Origin: Heterodontus francisci
Taxonomy: Eukaryota
DNA: 64,000 nucleotides
Assembly (NCBI RefSeq): GCF_036365525.1
Contig: NC_090418.1
Location: 7,480,304 to 7,544,303, forward strand
Reading direction: 5' to 3'
The first letter of the stretch is position 1. Each line of letters opens with the position of its first letter. The position numbers were made by a program, and so were the translations under genes. A model generated the notes under the pieces. The model searched no databases and had not been told where the DNA came from. It saw nothing but the letters and a program-made list of their open reading frames with translations. This document shows positions 62,701 through 64,000 of this stretch, piece by piece.

Positions 62701-64000
62701 GGGATTGTGTCAGTATTTACAGGGGGTCCCGGGGAGTGTGTCAGTATTTACAGGGGGTCCCGGGGAGTGTGTCAGTATTTACAGGGGGTCCCGGGGAGTG
62801 TGTCAGTATTTACAGGGGGTCCTCGGGAGTGTGTCAGTATTTACAGGCTTGTCCCTGGGATTGTGTCAGTATTTACAGGGGGTCCCGGGGAATGTGTCAG
62901 TATTTACAGGGGATCCCCGGGAGTGTGTCAGTATTTACAGGGGGTCCTCGGGAGTGTGTCAGTATTTGCAGGGGAACCCCAGGAGTGTGTCAGTATTTGC
63001 AGGGGATCCCCGGGAGTTTGTCAGTATTTACAGGGGGTCCCCGGGGAGTGTGTCAGTATTTACAGGGGGTCCCCGGGGAGTGTGTCAGTATTTACAGGGG
63101 GTCCTCGGGGATGTGTCAGTATTTACAGGGGGGTCACCGGGAGTGTGTCAGTATTTACAGGGGGTCCCCGGGAGTTTGTCAGTATTTACAGGGGGTCCCC
63201 GGGGAGTGTGTCAGTATTTACAGGGGGTCCCCGGGGAGTGTGTCAGTATTTACAGGGGGTCCCCGGGGAGTGTGTCAGTATTTACAGTGGGTCGTCGGGA
63301 GTGTGTCAGTATTTACAGGGGGTCCCCGGGAGTTTGTCAGTATTTACAGGGGGTCCCCGGGGAGTGTGTCAGTATTTACAGGGGGTCCTCGGGGATGTGT
63401 CAGTATTTACAGGGGGGTCACCGGGAGTGTGTCAGTATTCAAAGGGGGTCCCCGGGAGTGTGTCAGTACTTACAGGGGGTCCCCGAGAGTGTGTCAGTAT
63501 TTACAGGGGAGTCACCGGGAGTGTGTCAATATTTACAGGGGGGTCACCAGGAGTGTGTCAATATTTACAGGGGGGTCACCGGGAGTGTGTCAGTATTTAC
63601 AGGGGGGTCCCAGGGAGTGTGTCAATATTTACAGGGGCGTCACCGGGAGTGTGTCAGTACTTACAGGGGGTCCCCGAGAGTGTGTCAGTATTTACAGGGG
63701 AGTCACCGGGAGTGTGTCAATATTTACAGGGGGGTCACCAGGAGTGTGTCAATATTTACAGGGGGGTCACCGGGAGTGTGTCAGTATTTACAGGGGGGTC
63801 CCAGGGAGTGTGTCAATATTTACAGGGGCGTCACCGGGAGTGTGTAAATATTTACAGGGGGGTCACCAGGAGTGTGTCAGTATTTACAGGGGGGTCACCG
63901 GGAGTGTGTCAGTATTTACAGGGGGTCCCCGGGAGTGAGTCAGTATTTACAGAGGGGCCACCGGGAGTGTGTCAGTATTTACAGGGGGGTGCCCGGGAGT
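38788..64000. repeat. Large 31-32 bp G-rich satellite (GGAGTGTGTCAGTATTTACAGGGGGGTCACCG), at least 25.2 kb, ~800 units, continues past the window end
   Basis: Uninterrupted tandem units with a near-invariant core GTGTCA(G/A)TATTTACAG and a variable G/C linker; I saw no inserted elements. Confidence 0.99.

Noticed and set aside
38733-64000. Giant ORFs up to 3131 aa (GVCQYLQGGHRECVSIYRGVTGSVSVFTGG repeats)
   Set aside because: The unit has no + strand stop in any frame and its length is not a multiple of three, so all three frames give the same permuted peptide. Frequent 1-nt indels show no frame constraint.

Overview
Eukaryotic genomic DNA, almost certainly from a cartilaginous fish (shark), judged from its V-SINE/HE1-like, Deu-domain SINE, CR1, L2 and shark-type minisatellite content. 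The ORF track is mostly noise; the real genes are spliced and were rebuilt by hand from GT-AG sites and intron phases. (1) 1554-3248 (+): the last two coding exons of a type I membrane receptor with a Thr/Ser stalk, an arginine in the transmembrane helix and a short tyrosine-free tail, i.e. an activating-type receptor. (2) 5391-21845 (+): a complete 7-exon, 277-aa gene with leader, one IgV domain, stalk/TM and a tail with two ITIMs (IVYATL, IVYAAV). Its IgV and first ITIM closely match mammalian PILR-alpha as I recall it. Genes 1 and 2 together look like a tandem activating/inhibitory PILR-like pair in a shark, and the IgV keeps both canonical cysteines plus the sialic-acid-binding arginine. 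(3) 36480-26847 (-): a PLAC8/cornifelin (ponzr-like) gene, 179 aa, with a TATA/Inr promoter and a tiny non-coding first exon. (4) 38788-64000: a 31-32 bp G-rich satellite of at least 25 kb with kb-scale internal duplications, which accounts for all the giant ORFs. Homology calls rest on recalled sequences, not database searches, and repeat boundaries are approximate.
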